Source of the DNA: an uncultured virus (IMG/VR IMGVR_UViG_3300032676_000720)
Taxonomy: Duplodnaviria > Heunggongvirae > Uroviricota > Caudoviricetes
Virus record (IMG/VR): IMGVR_UViG_3300032676_000720
DNA length: 64,000 bases
Direction: 5' to 3' (one strand)
Made by a program: the position numbers and the translations under genes. This document shows, in pieces, positions 9,472 through 18,471 of the stretch. The notes beneath the pieces are model-generated. The model did not search any database and had not been told where the DNA came from. It saw only the letters and a list, made by a program, of their open reading frames with translations. Every line of letters begins with the position of its first letter. Position 1 is the first letter of the stretch.

Positions 9472-10100
9472 GTTTCGGCATTGCCCCAAAATTCTGTATA
9501 TATTTGCATTCTTACAATATCTAATTCTTCTTGCGTAATTGCTTGGTTAATCATATCTTTGAATTTTTCTGCTAGGGCAGTAATTCTAAATTTAGTTATA
9601 TTTTCAGTCTCAATTTTCAAACTTAACTCAGCAAATACTTGTTCAACCGGACGCTCAACAATGCGAGCATACTCTTCTATCATAAGAGTATAAAATCCTT
9701 TACTAGGATCGCATTTTGTTATTTCTATATCGGCGACGGCACTAAACGCTGTCCATTTTGTTGTATCGACTCTTAATAAAGCATTTCCAGTATGGGTTTC
9801 CCATATACCAAATAAAATATGTCTGCGCTTTATAATTTCACGATTAATTAACCAAGATTCACTAACTTGAGTTGGATCAATAGGAACTAACTGTCCTGAT
9901 CGCTTGTCATTTTTCCAAACATTATCATAAAATTCTGTTCGGTTTTTAAACTTTTCATAGTTATTTACAAATGGTGTAATACCACGCACAAAGCAATCAA
10001 TAGAACTTGACGCTAATGCGTTAGCTGTAACTAATCGATTGGTAGAAGTGTAAACACAAAAATTTTCGTGACTTACTACAAGGTAGTGCATATCGTACAT
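9468..10100 (-). CDS. hypothetical protein
   Basis: 210 aa ORF, TAAGTA motif upstream, coupled to next gene. Confidence 0.7.
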   Translation of the reverse strand: MYDMHYLVVSHENFCVYTSTNRLVTANALASSSIDCFVRGITPFVNNYEKFKNRTEFYDNVWKNDKRSGQLVPIDPTQVSESWLINREIIKRRHILFGIWETHTGNALLRVDTTKWTAFSAVADIEITKCDPSKGFYTLMIEEYARIVERPVEQVFAELSLKIETENITKFRITALAEKFKDMINQAITQEELDIVRMQIYTEFWGNAET

Positions 10101-10136
10101 ATGATATACTTATACTGCTAGATTTTGTTTAAATTA

Positions 10137-12623
10137 TTATTGACCTTGGATAGACCAGTCGTAGTCTACATTAACGACAACTTTGCCTTGCTTACCATAA
10201 TATGCGTATGGATCAAACTCGTCACTAGTAACTTTGATACGCTTACTACTGCCATCATCAAAATATACTGTCCAAACAAAGTATTCGCCTGGGCGCAAAC
10301 TTTCATTAACTTCGTCTTTAATCAAACGCAATGCTTCTTTGCGTACTTGAATATGACCGCCGTTATCTAAGTCTACTGTATAATATCCAGGAGCGCCTTT
10401 AAATGCGCCTGGACGGATTTCTCCAATAGTGCCCATTTGTCCAGCTTCAGGACCTTTAACAATCTTAACACGATTGCCTAAGTTCTTAGCTTCACTGATA
10501 GCTTCAGCTAACATAACATCTAGGTTTTCGATACTTTCACAATGCCATTTTCTAAGTGATAATGCTTTACGAGTTGGCTCTCCGTTGGGCTTTTTCATAG
10601 GACCCTTCATGCCACTCATACGAGCGCAAAATGATTTGCGGCGCTTATCATCTTTACTGCCTTTTTTAATTTTACTAGGCTTTTTAGTAACAGCGGTTTG
10701 TAGTTTAGATCCAGGATGTTCTTTGCGATAAGAGTCAACACCTTTCTTGTTTAAGCCGCCGTTTTTATTCTTGCCTGATTTCTTTTGCCAAGCGGCTGTT
10801 TCGTCTACAGCTTTCTTTTTAGCAATAGCAATAGCAGCTTGTTGTGCTGGGTTAGCGGCTTCTTCAACAGATTCATTAGGCACACAGTTACGCACTCGGC
10901 CACCATTTTTGCCCTTCTTAGTTCCTTCTTCGTGTTTGCCAGGCCAACATTTGGAAAAACCATTTGAATCTTTTTGACCTTTTTTGATTTCTGTAAATGT
11001 TTTACGAGCTGATTCATAGATAGCAGGTTTAGTAATATTGTATCCATTACGAACAGCCCACGATAAGAAATTATCTGATTCTTCAAGTTGACCAGTTAAT
11101 CCTTTGTAAGCACCTTTAACCATGTCAATTTGTTTTTGTCCAACTTGTTGCATAAATGATTTTTTAGGTTCAGCTTTCTTAGGTGCCTTAGGAGCTGTCA
11201 TTTGCTTAATAGCATATTCTTCAGCATCCTTGCGTAACTTAGCACCTTCTTCATCAGTCATTTCACCTAATCTAGCGGCAGCCGCTTTTTTCAATTGATT
11301 AGCGTGTTTGCCGGCACCACTTTGCATTACTGACTTAGGAGCATGGGTACTTTTTCTAAGAGGTTGCGATAAAGGATTAGAGCGAACGGTCATGTTGCCA
11401 TCAATGCCCTCATCTACTTCTTGATCATCGCCGTTAATTTCGTGTTCGTCACCTTTGTGTAAATCTGGATCAGGTTGACTCTTCATACCTTTAGCTTTAG
11501 CAATTAAATATGCTAATTCTTTATCACCCATTGGATTGTCTAACTCTTCCAAGCCGCCAAAACCTTGCCCTGGCTTAGGAGGATTTGGATCTGTACCTTT
11601 CCAGTATCCGCCAAACTTAGGACCATCTGGATGATGTGCGGCTGCAGCCATTGATCCTTCCTTCATGATAGGATTTAATGTAATCTTATCTGCTTTTTCT
11701 TTTTCGCCTTGGTTGTATAATTTCTTCTTCCAGTTATCGTGAAAGCGGCGAGCATCTTCATAGTAATCAAACTGTTTAACGGACTTGCCGGCTAAACAAA
11801 CTTCATATGGCTCTACTTTGTTAAAGTCTTGCCAACCTTCTACTTTAATTAATTCATCCTGGTCAGGCTCGCCTGGGGCAGAATCTTTCCATTCTTCGAC
11901 TGTAGCAGGAGCTTTAGTAATACCATGTTCTTTGTTAGCTTTTTTACGCCAAGCGATATAACTACCATTATTGTTTACACCACCACCATGCTCATCTAAG
12001 TCTGCTTTGCGAGCTCGCATAGCATTATGGCCTTTGGACCACAATAAATGTTCTGGCGATCCTTTTGGATGCGGATTGCTATCATATGATTTACCTTTAA
12101 TAGCGGCATGCATGCCAGCATCGTGCGGGCTTACTTTTAAACTTTCGTCTACATCGCGATTTTTGTTATTGTAGAATTTTTTAATACTACGAGCACTTGT
12201 GCGTGGCTTTGGAGCAATACGATAATCTCTGCCTGGGGCTTGTTCTTTTTTGCGACGAACTACAGCTTTAGCTTCTTCCTTGCTACCGTAAGTTCCTTCT
12301 TTAGTGCCGTCAATAAAAACTGTATATGTATAATTTGTATCTGCGTAGTCTTCTTCTAAATCAAACGCATCTAAATTACTTTGTGCTGTTCTTTCATTAT
12401 GGGCCAATGTTTCTGCGCCCGGAGCTTCATCTACTTTTAGTTTGTAATAACTGTCGCGCTCTGCTTTAGCTTTAGCGTATGCGTGACGCATAGCTTCTTT
12501 ATATTTAGGATCGTTTGATTCTTTAGCACGAGCTAAAAAGTCATCCATTTTAGCATTTAAGTCTTCAATACGACGTGCTTCAAGGTCGTCGATAGCCCCT
12601 TCAAATATATCAAATAAATTCAT
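10137..12623 (-). CDS. mosaic head-associated (poly)protein with RMF-like, KOW and other small modules
   Basis: MNLFDIFE leader; about 17 (V/L/M/I/F)-x-E motifs separating unrelated short modules. Confidence 0.65.
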   Translation of the reverse strand: MNLFDIFEGAIDDLEARRIEDLNAKMDDFLARAKESNDPKYKEAMRHAYAKAKAERDSYYKLKVDEAPGAETLAHNERTAQSNLDAFDLEEDYADTNYTYTVFIDGTKEGTYGSKEEAKAVVRRKKEQAPGRDYRIAPKPRTSARSIKKFYNNKNRDVDESLKVSPHDAGMHAAIKGKSYDSNPHPKGSPEHLLWSKGHNAMRARKADLDEHGGGVNNNGSYIAWRKKANKEHGITKAPATVEEWKDSAPGEPDQDELIKVEGWQDFNKVEPYEVCLAGKSVKQFDYYEDARRFHDNWKKKLYNQGEKEKADKITLNPIMKEGSMAAAAHHPDGPKFGGYWKGTDPNPPKPGQGFGGLEELDNPMGDKELAYLIAKAKGMKSQPDPDLHKGDEHEINGDDQEVDEGIDGNMTVRSNPLSQPLRKSTHAPKSVMQSGAGKHANQLKKAAAARLGEMTDEEGAKLRKDAEEYAIKQMTAPKAPKKAEPKKSFMQQVGQKQIDMVKGAYKGLTGQLEESDNFLSWAVRNGYNITKPAIYESARKTFTEIKKGQKDSNGFSKCWPGKHEEGTKKGKNGGRVRNCVPNESVEEAANPAQQAAIAIAKKKAVDETAAWQKKSGKNKNGGLNKKGVDSYRKEHPGSKLQTAVTKKPSKIKKGSKDDKRRKSFCARMSGMKGPMKKPNGEPTRKALSLRKWHCESIENLDVMLAEAISEAKNLGNRVKIVKGPEAGQMGTIGEIRPGAFKGAPGYYTVDLDNGGHIQVRKEALRLIKDEVNESLRPGEYFVWTVYFDDGSSKRIKVTSDEFDPYAYYGKQGKVVVNVDYDWSIQGQ

Positions 12624-12624
12624 T

Positions 12625-13701
12625 CTATTTTTCTTCTATGTAATCAGCCGATTGCTCAGCGTCATGTTTGGCTTTACGACGAGCCATATACATTTCTAAT
12701 GCTATTTCACATTCTTCTAAACTGCTAAAACGACTTGGTAATTCTTTGCCAGCACGTTTGATACAAAAGCCATTGCGCTCATCGCCGTGGATCTCAACTA
12801 ATACAGAGCCGCCGCCACCTGAGCCAATGCCAACATCCTCGACTGGAACATTAACTGTTTTAACTGGAGCTGTTGCGCTTTCTGCGTATGTAGGATCAGT
12901 TAACCCAGCAGGCGCTTCGCCTTGTGCCGGAGTTTGATTTGGATCTTCGTCCAACTCATTTTCGTGTTCGCCGTATTCGTCGGCATCTTCATCATCGGCG
13001 TATTGATTGTATTCAACATTAGCAGCATTAAAACTGTGTGTTCCGTGATTGTATAAATTTACAATTATAAAATTACTGCGTTGTCCAAAATCAACAATTT
13101 CGCCAGTAGCGCCGCTAAACTGTACATCGCCAATAATTTCAACTGGGTCACCAATTCGTAATTCTTGACCTTCTTCTAAACTATCAGGGATAGCTTCTTC
13201 TACATCTTGTTCTTTTTTCTTTGCTAACTCAGCACGAGTTTGTTGTGCTAACTTGTTGCCTACGCCTGTGCCTTGTTTGTTGAAGCCCGGAGGATTGCGA
13301 AACGGTTTAGCCGGAGCCGGTGTGTATGGTGCGTCGGGATCTTGATCAGCTTCGTCGACTGATTCTTTAGACTGTAGTTCTAAATCTTTTAATTCTTTTT
13401 TCTTTAAGTCTAAGTCTTGTTTTTTCTTAGTAATTAAATCTTTGTCTTGTTTGAGTGAATCTTCTGCTGATTTTAAATAATCAACTAAACTTGCTTTAAC
13501 TTTTGATAGTACATCGTCTGACTTCTCTTCGGCAAACTCAACACCACCGACACCAGGAGTAAAATCCTCTTCGGCTTTTTTTAAATTATTAAAGAGTGCT
13601 GGTTTCTTCTGTTTAGATTCAGCAATATGCTCATGCTTAGGAGCTATGCGCCCCTCAAGTATGGCTAATTTTTCTACAATACTATAAAAGTTATGGTCCA
13701 T
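12625..13701 (-). CDS. mosaic head-associated protein with KOW/SH3-like module
   Basis: ILEG, IAES, VDEA, VEEA, LEEG, LDED motifs; LRIGDPVEI..GATGEIV module. Confidence 0.6.
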   Translation of the reverse strand: MDHNFYSIVEKLAILEGRIAPKHEHIAESKQKKPALFNNLKKAEEDFTPGVGGVEFAEEKSDDVLSKVKASLVDYLKSAEDSLKQDKDLITKKKQDLDLKKKELKDLELQSKESVDEADQDPDAPYTPAPAKPFRNPPGFNKQGTGVGNKLAQQTRAELAKKKEQDVEEAIPDSLEEGQELRIGDPVEIIGDVQFSGATGEIVDFGQRSNFIIVNLYNHGTHSFNAANVEYNQYADDEDADEYGEHENELDEDPNQTPAQGEAPAGLTDPTYAESATAPVKTVNVPVEDVGIGSGGGGSVLVEIHGDERNGFCIKRAGKELPSRFSSLEECEIALEMYMARRKAKHDAEQSADYIEEK

Positions 13702-14141
13702 TATGCTCTAGCTTCTTTCAAAAAACTTTGTAGCATCCAGATAAACTTGTTTGTGGCAGTTAATCTTTCAGCGATAAAATTTGCGATATCTTGCTTGTTC
13801 TCTGCTGTAGCAGCCGCAAAACATTCATTAAGAAGGTTGATCATAACATGGGAATCAGCTAGTAATTCCTCAAGCATGAGTTGTGCTCTAGGCACTTTAG
13901 TTTGGTCTTGAATACGGGATAACTCGTTATAACGAGTAAGGCTAGCAGGAGTGTATTCTCCCAGGGTGCGGATAAACTCCCCGAGCGGGTCAACGGCAGA
14001 ATATGCGTCCTCATACACTTTTTGTAGGAATTTATGATATTGATAGAAGTCTTTGCCTTCTACATTAAAATGAAAGAAATGGGCTTTTAAGTAATAAGCG
14101 AAGTCACTCGCGAGTAAAATTTTCATCAATTCAGCCAGCAT
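13701..14141 (-). CDS. dps: Dps / ferritin-like DNA starvation protein
   Basis: KAHFFHFNVEGKDFYQYH, D..GE.IR.LG, WML motifs. Confidence 0.9.
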   Translation of the reverse strand: MLAELMKILLASDFAYYLKAHFFHFNVEGKDFYQYHKFLQKVYEDAYSAVDPLGEFIRTLGEYTPASLTRYNELSRIQDQTKVPRAQLMLEELLADSHVMINLLNECFAAATAENKQDIANFIAERLTATNKFIWMLQSFLKEARA

Positions 14142-14177
14142 TTTAAATCCTTTAAATTATATATTATTTAGTTAAAA

Positions 14178-14814
14178 CTAAATAGAAGTGTAGTTCGCGG
14201 ATCTCGACAATCCCAACTACTCTAACGCTTATAAGGAGCAATCAGCATGAGTATTTACAGAAAAGATAGCTACCATCGTAAAATATACGAGGATCACTAT
14301 GGGCCAATTCCAAAAGATTCAGAAGGTCGTAGCTACGAAATACATCATATAGACGGAAATCACGAAAATAACAACATTGATAATCTTCTCTGTGTAAGCA
14401 TACAGGAACATTATAATATACACTATTCTCAAGGAGATTTCAAGGCTTGCCTTATAATGTCTAAAAGAATGGACATTTCTCCGGAAGAAAAATCGAGGCT
14501 AGCAAAAATAACTAACGCAGGCAAAAACAATCCAAGTTATGGGATTTATTGGTGGACTAATGGAGTTGAAGAAAAGAAATCAAAAACTCAACCGGGACCA
14601 GAATGGACTCGCGGAAGATCTGCTATATTAAAAACTCGTGTATCGTCTACTATAGTTAAAAAGGATATTCGAGCAGGGGCAAAAAATACAAGTTATGGAA
14701 AATATTGGTGGACTAACGGAATAGATAGCATTAAATCAGATAAGTGCCCAGAGGGATATTACAGAGGGGTAGGAGAAATACAGAGAATGAAGTCAAGAAA
14801 TAAGTTGGCTAAAT
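14178..14814 (+). mobile_element. HNH endonuclease element bounded by CTAAAT direct repeats
   Basis: CTAAAT at 14178-14183 and 14809-14814; structured leader; ORF antisense to neighbours and reads out past the repeat. Confidence 0.7.
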
Positions 14815-14828
14815 CTTGGATTTTTTAG
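14247..14828 (+). CDS. HNH homing endonuclease
   Basis: EIHHIDGNHENNNIDNL..H..IH; two YWWTNG DNA-binding repeats. Confidence 0.9.
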   Translation: MSIYRKDSYHRKIYEDHYGPIPKDSEGRSYEIHHIDGNHENNNIDNLLCVSIQEHYNIHYSQGDFKACLIMSKRMDISPEEKSRLAKITNAGKNNPSYGIYWWTNGVEEKKSKTQPGPEWTRGRSAILKTRVSSTIVKKDIRAGAKNTSYGKYWWTNGIDSIKSDKCPEGYYRGVGEIQRMKSRNKLAKSWIF

Positions 14829-15021
14829 TTGATTTGTATGCTTTATATTCTTTAGGAGTATTAGGAGTAAGATCGTTAGTTTCGACACCTGTAAAGAATG
14901 AGCCCTGGGGTATTCTTCGCTGTACGGCTCCTAGAGGAGTAGCCACGGGCGCAATACTTCCTGCGCTAGTACTAGCTACACTGGCGTCTTCTTTTAACCC
15001 TATAATTTCAAATAGTTTCAT
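14809..15021 (-). CDS. small putative virion protein
   Basis: MKLFEII..KE leader shared with neighbours. Confidence 0.6.
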   Translation of the reverse strand: MKLFEIIGLKEDASVASTSAGSIAPVATPLGAVQRRIPQGSFFTGVETNDLTPNTPKEYKAYKSTKKSKI

Positions 15022-15305
15022 TCTAAAATCCTAAATTTTAAGTTATCTATAACTGCTCCGGGCCCGTATTCTACTTTTAAACTTTTAACATTTAGTTGGG
15101 CTAAATGCGGGGCAACTAACTCATAGCGTAACGTGTATTCACCCGGTTCGGCACTAATTTGTAAATCTTCTTCCAAAGCACTATCAGTCCAAATCCATGT
15201 ACGTTCTGCAAATAATTCGTCATTAACATACAAACGATAGATAGGACTTAATCCTTCCCAATCGCAGTCAATATTACTCAGTATACGCACAAATTTTTTG
15301 CTCAT
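15018..15305 (-). CDS. hypothetical protein
   Basis: ATG 4 nt after TAAATA (15310-15315). Confidence 0.7.
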   Translation of the reverse strand: MSKKFVRILSNIDCDWEGLSPIYRLYVNDELFAERTWIWTDSALEEDLQISAEPGEYTLRYELVAPHLAQLNVKSLKVEYGPGAVIDNLKFRILE

Positions 15306-15323
15306 ACTGTATTTAGCGGAATT

Positions 15324-17129
15324 TTATTTAGGTGCGGCAACTAATCGAACATTCTGTGCGATATCGCCTCTGTAGCCGTGTGTTGATTCAGGGTCATCTG
15401 CCCCGGTATTGATAGGTTTGTTAGTTTTCATATTAAATGCGTAAACATTTAATGAACGCCCATAACGTTGTTCTAAATCTTGCCATACTCTTTGGCCGCC
15501 TGGGGATTGATATTTGTCACTAACTAGCGTAAGCCCTTGGTTTTTAACCAACCAAGCATACAAATCTGCGGCACGAATAGGAGCTTTAGGACCTCCATAT
15601 ATACCAAATATTTCAAATGAATGTGGTTTGTTTGTTCCGCTAATGGTCATTTGACTAACGCGAGTTTTAGGATCAAAAACGGAGTAAGCAGAATCGTTAC
15701 CCTTGTCCCACTTATATACTTCTAACTGTCCTAAGTTCCCTACTAAGTTACCAAGTAAACGTTTTTCTTTACCTGGAGGCACTGGTTCGCCTTTGTTTAC
15801 TAAACCTGACTTGTCTTGATTTTTAGTTTTGATATTGTTATGATAAATCACTTCACTTAACTCTCGTTCTTTATTTACGCGAGCCATATGCTGATCATAT
15901 GTTTCTTCATCATCGTCTGACTCTAAGGGAACATAAGCTGGCATAGAAGTCATACCCATATCTCTAGCAGCCACAGCTCTGTGGTTGCCGTCAATAATCC
16001 AGCCTTCATTATCTACTACAATAGGTTTATTTTTAATGTCTTGTGCTGTAATATCTTTAACATAATTGTAGTCAACTAAGTTGATTTGATCGTACGGACT
16101 AACTTCATCTGAATCTATATGTAAACTAGTTAGAGGTACCGTAGTGAGTTCCCATTTAGCATGATTCATTACAGCATGGTCTATAGTAAATTCATCTTTA
16201 GGATGTATTTTTTTAACATAAGACAATATTTCTTTGTTACTTTCTTCGCTGACTGGTTCCCATGACATTGGTTTAGCACCTTTAGCGACGGGTTTAAAAC
16301 CATGACGCTTATATAACTTAGTTAATGAGGCTTGACTTACATTACCCTTAGCCCAAGGATACAATGTTAACTTAATACCCGCTTCTTGTGCTTGACGCTG
16401 TAGCTCTTTAATAGCACGACTACCAACACCTTTGCGTTGTTCGGGCCCGGCCATGATCCAATCTATTTCTACTGTATCAGGTTTCATACTAGGTTTGAGT
16501 TTGAACGCGGCAAATTGCTGATCTTCGCCTTCTCCCCATACCATAACTTTATCTGCTTGACCATACGGCCAATCAGGATACTGACTATATACCCTGTCAA
16601 TAAATTCTTGTGCTTTATTTGATTCTACAGCTTCATTTAAATTTTTTTTTAAAAAAGTATCGGCTAACTTTTTACACAGTAATTTAATCTTGCTATTTTC
16701 TGTAATAATGATTGTAAACTTTTCTTGGGTATTATCTTGTGATGGATCACTATACCCGCAATAAGCTAATTTGATATGTTTTTCATTTAATAAATCTGTA
16801 CAGCTAACGCCATAGCGATTATCGCCAGTATCTTCACAGCATGGGCTCAGTGTAGTAATTACAATACTGCCCTTTGGCAATTCTCCGTACTCTTCTTCAT
16901 ACTTGTCTATGGCTGCTCGTTCCGCATGGATTCTTGAATTTCCATATAGATAATTTACACCAGTGACTAATCTACCCCGAGTATCTAATACCGCGGCGGC
17001 TACCATACCATAAAAGTCTGGATTATCTTGTTGTCCTTCGATGACCATATCGCAAAGCTCAACAAGAACTGCGTCTAGTTTTTCACGACTAAACTTTAGT
17101 TTAGGTTGGATAAAATCGTTTAAAATCAT
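15324..17129 (-). CDS. multidomain protein: CDA/RibD-like deaminase + GNAT + ParB/Srx-like + GNAT-like domain
   Basis: HAE..TLSPC..C; PEQRKGVGS..LYKRHGF; IIDGNHR; SDKYQSPGGQRVW; linkers LNEA, SEES, LSEV. Confidence 0.75.
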   Translation of the reverse strand: MILNDFIQPKLKFSREKLDAVLVELCDMVIEGQQDNPDFYGMVAAAVLDTRGRLVTGVNYLYGNSRIHAERAAIDKYEEEYGELPKGSIVITTLSPCCEDTGDNRYGVSCTDLLNEKHIKLAYCGYSDPSQDNTQEKFTIIITENSKIKLLCKKLADTFLKKNLNEAVESNKAQEFIDRVYSQYPDWPYGQADKVMVWGEGEDQQFAAFKLKPSMKPDTVEIDWIMAGPEQRKGVGSRAIKELQRQAQEAGIKLTLYPWAKGNVSQASLTKLYKRHGFKPVAKGAKPMSWEPVSEESNKEILSYVKKIHPKDEFTIDHAVMNHAKWELTTVPLTSLHIDSDEVSPYDQINLVDYNYVKDITAQDIKNKPIVVDNEGWIIDGNHRAVAARDMGMTSMPAYVPLESDDDEETYDQHMARVNKERELSEVIYHNNIKTKNQDKSGLVNKGEPVPPGKEKRLLGNLVGNLGQLEVYKWDKGNDSAYSVFDPKTRVSQMTISGTNKPHSFEIFGIYGGPKAPIRAADLYAWLVKNQGLTLVSDKYQSPGGQRVWQDLEQRYGRSLNVYAFNMKTNKPINTGADDPESTHGYRGDIAQNVRLVAAPK

Positions 17130-17130
17130 T

Positions 17131-18471
17131 TTAGTGGAACATTAGGAAACTGTTGATTACATCCAATCTGTTGGCAGCACGGTCTCCGTGTCCTGCTGGA
17201 AATATAACCACATTCCACTTAGGTTTAGGGCCTTCAGGGATGGTTAACATCTGATCGTATGTGATAATTGATGCTGGATCAATTTTATATCTAGTGGCCA
17301 ACATTTTTTTAAATTCTTCCCATGCTTCGGGACTTTTAACCTGTGTACGACCTTTGGCATCTTTAACATATTTCCCTTTAGCATCCGTAACAAACAATGT
17401 GCGGAACAAGTCTTTGGGTAATGTTACAGCATCTTTAACTGCATTTCCTTGAGCTTTGTGTAGTTCAATTTGCTTTTCTTCACCGCGCTTACTTCCCGAA
17501 CTAAAGTTAACAATAAAATTATCTGGTTTGTTGGCAGTTGCAGCCGCGGCTATTTTTGTATAAGCATAAAATTTTACATCTGGATTAGTACGAGCAACGT
17601 TAAATGCTAGATCTAAATATTCTTTACTAAAGAAATCTCCAGCATCATGCCAGCGTACAACTAATCTAATACCATGCTTGTCTGCTTTGCCTTTAAGACC
17701 TTGTATTTCTTTGTTAACCATGGCCATATATCCAGCAGGGTCATTGACTAAAAAGTTTAATGCTTGTGCGGCTGACATGCTACTAGCAGGGAACATTACA
17801 TATCCACCTTTACGAGCGTAGCAAAATAATTGACATCCGCCAGCACCAGGGCAAGTAGTAATTTCTACAAAATCGCCTGTTTCCTCGTCCACAACAACAC
17901 CGCTTAATGCTGGCAATGTTAAGTCATAAACAATTTCGCCTTCTGTAGCACTCTTACTCATTTTAGCATTAGTGCCTAATAATGAACGAGGACGGGTAGT
18001 GATTTGACGGGCCAAATCATCTAAATCCCATTCGGTACCTTCGTCATCTTTAGTAATTGCTTTGATATTGCTACCGTGTATGATTGGAGCAAATCTATCT
18101 TTCTTTGTCTTAGTACCAGTTTTAATACGATCGGCATAGCCTTGTAACTCATCGCGACTCATTCGGCGATGTGGAGCATTTAACCCAATAGCTTCATTTG
18201 TAATTTCTTCTACATTTAAAATTTTAGCCCCGGGGTGGTGAATCTCAACTTTATGTTGTGCGATTCGTGCGCTCTGAGCTTTGACCTTAAAATGTTTTGT
18301 GACACCGTATATATTTGCTGTAATTCTAAATTGTTTATTAAATTGGCCGGCTGCTAATAACCCACTAATGTCAGATTCTTCAACACCTTGATCTTCAATA
18401 TGTAACGGAGTGACTTTAAATCCACCTAGTGTTGTTTGTGCAGATTCAAAGATAAATTCATGGGCTTTCAT
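17131..18471 (-). CDS. GP88-family (radical-SAM-related) domain protein with N-terminal extra modules
   Basis: CPGAGGCQLFCYARKG, RWHDAGDF, YAYTK; MKAHEFIFES leader. Confidence 0.7.
   Translation of the reverse strand: MKAHEFIFESAQTTLGGFKVTPLHIEDQGVEESDISGLLAAGQFNKQFRITANIYGVTKHFKVKAQSARIAQHKVEIHHPGAKILNVEEITNEAIGLNAPHRRMSRDELQGYADRIKTGTKTKKDRFAPIIHGSNIKAITKDDEGTEWDLDDLARQITTRPRSLLGTNAKMSKSATEGEIVYDLTLPALSGVVVDEETGDFVEITTCPGAGGCQLFCYARKGGYVMFPASSMSAAQALNFLVNDPAGYMAMVNKEIQGLKGKADKHGIRLVVRWHDAGDFFSKEYLDLAFNVARTNPDVKFYAYTKIAAAATANKPDNFIVNFSSGSKRGEEKQIELHKAQGNAVKDAVTLPKDLFRTLFVTDAKGKYVKDAKGRTQVKSPEAWEEFKKMLATRYKIDPASIITYDQMLTIPEGPKPKWNVVIFPAGHGDRAANRLDVINSFLMFH

Noticed and set aside
14178..14814. 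IS200/IS605-IscB or group I intron interpretation of the HNH elements
   Set aside because: No Y1 transposase, RuvC or PLMP motifs, and too little non-coding sequence for a group I core; the elements are antisense to the flanking genes.
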